From: Candidatus Hydrothermarchaeum profundi
GTDB taxonomy: Archaea; Hydrothermarchaeota; Hydrothermarchaeia; Hydrothermarchaeales; Hydrothermarchaeaceae
Direction of reading: 5' to 3'
DNA: 64,000 nucleotides
Assembly: GCA_002011125.2 (NCBI GenBank)
Contig: MTMF02000009.1
Coordinates: forward strand, 1,608,989 to 1,672,988
Shown: in pieces, positions 59,318 through 64,000 of the stretch
Position numbering within the stretch: position 1 is the stretch's first letter
Layout: every line of letters begins with the position of its first letter
Position numbers and translations under genes: made by a program
Notes under the pieces: model-generated
Told to the model about the DNA's origin: nothing
The model's database searches: none
Seen by the model: the letters and a program-made list of their open reading frames with translations, nothing else

Positions 59318-61011
59318 GATGTTAGAATCTGGTAATACTTTTTAACAGGCTCAATCCAGTCCATATCTATAGCTAGGTGAAGAGCCTCGCCACAGATCAT
59401 CCTATACTTACTTCTATCCCTAAGATAATTTTTTGTCATACTTTCTAGTCCCATAGCATAATCCACTAAAGTCTCGAGATAGGGAGCCTCAACATTGTCA
59501 ACTACAATTACGCCCCCCATCAACCCTTCTCTCAGCCTCCATTCTCTAACTGCATCGCTAAAACCGCAGACCCTACTAATCACGACGGGCGTCCCCTCCT
59601 TTGCAGCTTCTAACCCAGTAAGCAAAAAAGGGTCATATTTAGAGGGGAATATACCTACAATACAAGCGGAAGCAACTTCATCAACCGTCATATTTAAACC
59701 TCCGTCGTCTTTTCCAACCCAAGTAGGATAAAGAACAGTAGATATCACCCTCCTTCCTGAGATCATGTCCTTAACATGCAATTTATGCTCATAAACCATA
59801 TTTTTTAGTCTTATCTCCTCGCCAACTAAGAGTTCATCTGGAAGATATACTGGAAAGCCTTTGGGAAGCTTACTTTTATCCTTCGGTCCATGGGCAGTTA
59901 TTAAGAAGCAAACTACACGGGAATCCTCATCTATCTTACCTTCTGCCATATGATGCTGTATAATCCTATCAAGTAAAGTAAGAGCCTTTAAAAGATCGGG
60001 GTACCCCTTATTTTTAAGTTCAATTCGTGAAATAGTGAAAATAGGAAGAATTTTTTCAGGGATTATCTCTTTACCATCATAGTATTCATAAATGTTATTT
60101 GAAAGAAACTCCTGAATCCTTTTGAGATTTCTTTCTTTTTTACTCCAATCTATCTCCGTATTTCTAACTCTTATCCCATTTCTAACCATCAGGCCATCGA
60201 TACCGTAAAAAAGCTTAGCTTCGCGCCTAGTAGAATCTCCAACAAAAGTTGCGTGATCAGCGTACTTAGCCAATGCTTCAAGATTCGCAAGCCCTACTGG
60301 AGTAAATGGAGGCCATGTCGGATCATTTGATGCAATTTTTTCTAATACTTTAGCCCCCCATCCCCTACCAGGTATGGTTGCATGCAATGTAGCGACATTG
60401 ATAACCCCAGAGCCAAGCCTCTTTAAACGTGCTCCAGCATAAAAAACACCGAACTCATGGCAATGAAGAGATACTTTCTCCGATAAAGAGAGTTCATTAG
60501 CAAAAGTTGAGATAAAATAAGATAACGCTAGATAATGCTCATATTCCTTTCCATAAGATTCTTTCTCGTATATTAGTGAGTCAAGTCCTACGAGTTCATA
60601 TGCCTCCTTTTTTATCTCATTTAATAGTGAATACTCTCGAGACTCGCTAGATCTCCCAGCGCAAGAAGAAGTATCGAAGAGAATATATCCTACATTAACT
60701 CCTTCCATCTTCGCAGAAGCCAATTTAATATCGCATTTTTCTCCAAGTTTTTCAATAGATTTTTTAACAGAACCGTCAATCTCTGATGACGCCAGTCCAT
60801 TAAGGTTTGTTATTCTACTTTTATCGGTATTCCAGTCTGAACCATGAGTTCTATAATACGGTCCTAGCATTATAATGTTGCATTCTTCTATTTCACCTTT
60901 TTTAATAAGATAGGCAAGAGTTTCCGCCTCTGCATTAATAACCTCCCATATTCCCCCTAATTTATTTGATATGGGACCGGCTTCTTCTCCAGATATTAAA
61001 ATGTATCTCAC
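59314..61011 (-). CDS. Divergent GT3-type glycogen synthase
   Basis: Motifs NKLGGIWEVI, LGPY, HCHEF, ATLHAT, RIELKNKG and GIFPSKYDPF parallel the GT3 motifs. Confidence 0.7.
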   Translation of the reverse strand: MRYILISGEEAGPISNKLGGIWEVINAEAETLAYLIKKGEIEECNIIMLGPYYRTHGSDWNTDKSRITNLNGLASSEIDGSVKKSIEKLGEKCDIKLASAKMEGVNVGYILFDTSSCAGRSSESREYSLLNEIKKEAYELVGLDSLIYEKESYGKEYEHYLALSYFISTFANELSLSEKVSLHCHEFGVFYAGARLKRLGSGVINVATLHATIPGRGWGAKVLEKIASNDPTWPPFTPVGLANLEALAKYADHATFVGDSTRREAKLFYGIDGLMVRNGIRVRNTEIDWSKKERNLKRIQEFLSNNIYEYYDGKEIIPEKILPIFTISRIELKNKGYPDLLKALTLLDRIIQHHMAEGKIDEDSRVVCFLITAHGPKDKSKLPKGFPVYLPDELLVGEEIRLKNMVYEHKLHVKDMISGRRVISTVLYPTWVGKDDGGLNMTVDEVASACIVGIFPSKYDPFLLTGLEAAKEGTPVVISRVCGFSDAVREWRLREGLMGGVIVVDNVEAPYLETLVDYAMGLESMTKNYLRDRSKYRMICGEALHLAIDMDWIEPVKKYYQILTS

Positions 61012-61069
61012 AGTTTTCTACTCCCAAAATCCTTGTTTTATAAAAGATTAGTATTAGCTAAAGCTTTTT

Positions 61070-61558
61070 TTAAATATCTTTTAAAATCCTTTCATAGTTT
61101 TTAACTTCTATAGCTTTAGGAGTTATATTTAAAACATCACGCGCTGTTATAACTCCTACCAGGATATCCCCATCTACCACCGGGAGCCTCCTAATCCTCC
61201 TTTCTATCATTAGTCTCGTTGCTACGCCAATATCTGTGGTCTTATCCACGGTTATAACCGGTGCACTCATTATGTTTTCAATTGCAACGTCAAAATTCAT
61301 TCGCTGCGCTATTACTTTTCGCACAAAATCTTTCTCAGTTACTATGCCGATTGGCCTACTCCCTTCAACCACGATCACAAAACTAGCATCCCTCTCCTTC
61401 ATCAAGTTTGCAACTTGGAAGAGAGTATATTTTTTTTCAACTGTCACAGGGTCAGTCTTCATAATCAGGCCTACTCCCCCTGCACGAGTCTCAGCCATCA
61501 TCCTCCGCAGTTTACCCATTCTAGCTCTAAGAAATTCTAGTTCCTCATCCTCTACCAT
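61070..61558 (-). CDS. CBS-domain pair protein
   Basis: Motifs IGIVTEKD and IRRLPVVDGDILVGVITARD. Confidence 0.9.
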   Translation of the reverse strand: MVEDEELEFLRARMGKLRRMMAETRAGGVGLIMKTDPVTVEKKYTLFQVANLMKERDASFVIVVEGSRPIGIVTEKDFVRKVIAQRMNFDVAIENIMSAPVITVDKTTDIGVATRLMIERRIRRLPVVDGDILVGVITARDVLNITPKAIEVKNYERILKDI

Positions 61559-61738
61559 CGCCCTTCAACAACCGCAACTTAAGTTAAAAGTAGTTCGTAT
61601 ACCGCCCTATTTAATCCTTACCCTATGTTAGAGAAGCATTGAATTTATTATTTTAAAAAAAATAAGCATAATTCCAATTTATCCAGTTTTAAATAGTTTA
61701 TTATACACTTTTTTTAGATTTCTGAGTGGGGTGATAGA

Positions 61739-62164
61739 ATGAAAAATTTTTTGCAAGATGAAAAAGGGCAATTAGTTGGAACTCCACTTAAACTTGTTAT
61801 ATCTGTAGTTATCGGAGTCGCAGTACTAGGCATTCTTTTACAAATGATGAATCTAGTCGGAGTAATGAATCCGCATTCATTTCTAGTAGAAGACGACTAC
61901 ATAATCGAAAACGGGATCACACCAAACACGAGAAGCATTACCTTAACAGTTAAAGATGAGAACGATGGGAGGCTTGTTAGAGGAGCAATAGTTGAGATAA
62001 AGGGCGCTGGTGCAAGTGATGCTGCAGTAACCAATAATGAGGGTAAAGCCACCTTAAAAGTCAGTTTCGACATTGCTGGAGCACCCTACGCAAAAACTAC
62101 AATAACCGTTTCAAAAGAAGGATACTCCAGGTGGACTAAAACTTACCTAGTAAAACAAAAATAA
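61739..62164 (+). CDS. Type IV pilin-like protein with a class III signal peptide
   Basis: MKNFLQDEKG|QLV followed by a hydrophobic helix and a beta-sandwich (GAIVEI...TNNEGKA). Confidence 0.75.
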   Translation: MKNFLQDEKGQLVGTPLKLVISVVIGVAVLGILLQMMNLVGVMNPHSFLVEDDYIIENGITPNTRSITLTVKDENDGRLVRGAIVEIKGAGASDAAVTNNEGKATLKVSFDIAGAPYAKTTITVSKEGYSRWTKTYLVKQK

Positions 62165-62172
62165 GTGTTAAA

Positions 62173-62592
62173 ATGGAAGAAATGCCTATACAACTTCTAC
62201 TTACCGTTATTTTATTTGGATTTACATTATCTGTAGGATTTAACGCATGGGATTATGCGAGATTAAATGAAGAAAAATTAGCCTGTTATGATTCTATTAA
62301 TACCTTTTTGATAAAATCCCAACTCGTTATTTCAGAGGCGCCAATGTCGCGTGAGAAATTAGACCTAATAGTTAAAGGGAAATCTGAGTTATATTTGCTA
62401 AACGAAGAAATAAACAATAGCCAAGTAGGTTTAATTAAGGCAGAATTCGCAGACGGCTCTCACTATCTTCAGGTGCTACCAGTTCCTTTTGTCGAAGAAC
62501 GGATTTTTAAATCTGGGGAATATTCACTATCGCTAATTCATATAAAAAATTCTCACGGAGATTTCTTGGGCGTGACCATAGATGCTGGTTGA
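62173..62592 (+). CDS. Pilin-like / single-TM exported protein
   Basis: N-terminal EEMPIQLLLTVILFG helix; part of the pilin-like operon. Confidence 0.6.
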   Translation: MEEMPIQLLLTVILFGFTLSVGFNAWDYARLNEEKLACYDSINTFLIKSQLVISEAPMSREKLDLIVKGKSELYLLNEEINNSQVGLIKAEFADGSHYLQVLPVPFVEERIFKSGEYSLSLIHIKNSHGDFLGVTIDAG

Positions 62593-63076
62593 CTGGATGA
62601 TTCAAAAGACCGGAACGGTATTAACATTTTTTATAATTTCATGGACGCTATACAAGGTATATCTAATTAATGAAGAATATAATATCAATAATGAAATTGA
62701 AGAAACCTTAGAGGATCTCACTGAACAGATTGAAGTAGTATCAAATTCTGCTAAAGAATATTCGGTGGGAAAAAGTTTTTCAAAAATAATTGAACTCCCA
62801 GAGGATATTAGCGGGTTTCCATACATAATTACTATCGATCCAAAGGGAAGCATTGAGATAAATCTACTTAACAAGGAGATATCTAAGTTCACATTACTCC
62901 CGAAATCCGCTATAATCAACGCGAAGGGAGAAACTTGTTTAATTATCTCAGGATTCAATGAAAAAGGTAAAGTCTCTGTTGGAATACCTCTAAATGGTAT
63001 GAATAGAACTAGGAGCCTCAAAGTTACAAAAGGCAAGGACACTAATGTTTGCATTGAAATTTTAGCGATGAGTTAA
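62582..63076 (+). CDS. Pilin-like / single-TM exported protein
   Basis: N-terminal TM segment and the motif IELPEDISGFPYII. Confidence 0.6.
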   Translation: MLVDWMIQKTGTVLTFFIISWTLYKVYLINEEYNINNEIEETLEDLTEQIEVVSNSAKEYSVGKSFSKIIELPEDISGFPYIITIDPKGSIEINLLNKEISKFTLLPKSAIINAKGETCLIISGFNEKGKVSVGIPLNGMNRTRSLKVTKGKDTNVCIEILAMS

Positions 63077-63532
63077 ATGGAAGAGATAAGTATCCTCACC
63101 AAAGTCTTCTTATTTCTATTATTCTGTAGCTTTATAGCATATTCTTATTATCAATTTGAAGAAAGACGCGAACCAATTAAGAGGTTCTCGGCAGCACTAG
63201 ACTTCTCAGACACTTTGAAAAATAATCTGCTCTGCGTTAGAACTAGCGGAACACCTAATCCCGGCCTGCTAGATATTGAGACTCTGCAGAAAGTAAATTA
63301 CAAAATCCTAGAAAAATTCTGGAACAAGCCTTACCAGTGGGAAGTTGTTATACGAGATTCCAATGGCGCCATTGTATATGAAGAAGGCGATCTTAAAAAA
63401 GAAGGTAAGGACCACATATATCTCGCTAACTTAGGTAAGGAGTACACTGTTGTCCAAAACATTATAGCTATTAAAAGTCTCGATAGATCCGTGCATTTTG
63501 GGAAATTAGAGGTGTGGGTATGGGATACATAA
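63077..63532 (+). CDS. Pilin-like / single-TM exported protein
   Basis: N-terminal TM segment and a C-terminal GKLEVWVW strand. Confidence 0.6.
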   Translation: MEEISILTKVFLFLLFCSFIAYSYYQFEERREPIKRFSAALDFSDTLKNNLLCVRTSGTPNPGLLDIETLQKVNYKILEKFWNKPYQWEVVIRDSNGAIVYEEGDLKKEGKDHIYLANLGKEYTVVQNIIAIKSLDRSVHFGKLEVWVWDT

Positions 63533-64000
63533 CCGAGAATAAGGGGCAGAGCGAAGCAGCTGATGTCATCATTTTAGCTATGCTGGTTTCTTTTTCGTTA
63601 TATCTAATATCTAACTATGGGATAGGAGCATATGAAGATGATTATTATTTAAAGAGTCTCAATTCACGATATCTCGAGGATTTGTCACAGAGTTTTGTTC
63701 TAACTGTGAGATACTTGTCAAATTGTAATGATAAGCTAACCTATACTGTAGGCATTGACTCTAAAGTCCTTGGTAACTCAGATACTCTAAGAAACATTCT
63801 AGAAGCTAATCCGCTGGAGAGGCATTTAAGAATAAATCTTGTAGACCTCATTATTGAAGACTTGTTTCTGGGACTTAAATTTCAGTATAACAATTCTAAT
63901 TTATACTCCACCGACATTTTAGCAGGTGATTTTCACCAGAGTGTAGAACGAAAGGTTTTCGAAGATATGTCCTTTGTATTGAGCAGACAATTCAACTACC
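63520..64000 (+). CDS. Class III signal peptide protein, 3'-partial
   Basis: MGYITENKG|QSEAADVIILAMLVSF; the frame is open to the window end. Confidence 0.65.
   Translation, partial: MGYITENKGQSEAADVIILAMLVSFSLYLISNYGIGAYEDDYYLKSLNSRYLEDLSQSFVLTVRYLSNCNDKLTYTVGIDSKVLGNSDTLRNILEANPLERHLRINLVDLIIEDLFLGLKFQYNNSNLYSTDILAGDFHQSVERKVFEDMSFVLSRQFNY

Overview
This is an archaeal chromosomal window, shown by psmB, aCPSF1, archaeal MAT, NAC, DacZ, archaeal tRNAs and class III signal-peptide pilins. The gene mix suggests an anaerobic, euryarchaeal-grade lineage such as Hydrothermarchaeota, but that is inference. Most of the window is housekeeping and stress genes, with four tRNAs and a decayed integrase next to tRNA-Arg. 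The stand-out is a ~14.5 kb locus (22.9-37.4 kb). It holds four secreted multiheme c-type cytochromes, a W/Mo aldehyde:ferredoxin oxidoreductase with an Fe-S partner, a signal peptidase I, an ExeA-like ATPase, two uncharacterised genes and a ccmABCDEF maturation operon. Two of the cytochromes are sequon-rich tetraheme paralogs resembling archaeal extracellular cytochrome nanowire subunits. A third fuses a duplicated hexaheme module to the same tetraheme domain. The duplication is a perfect 336-bp repeat containing 88 consecutive codons with no T at the third position. All functional calls come from reading motifs; no database search was run.
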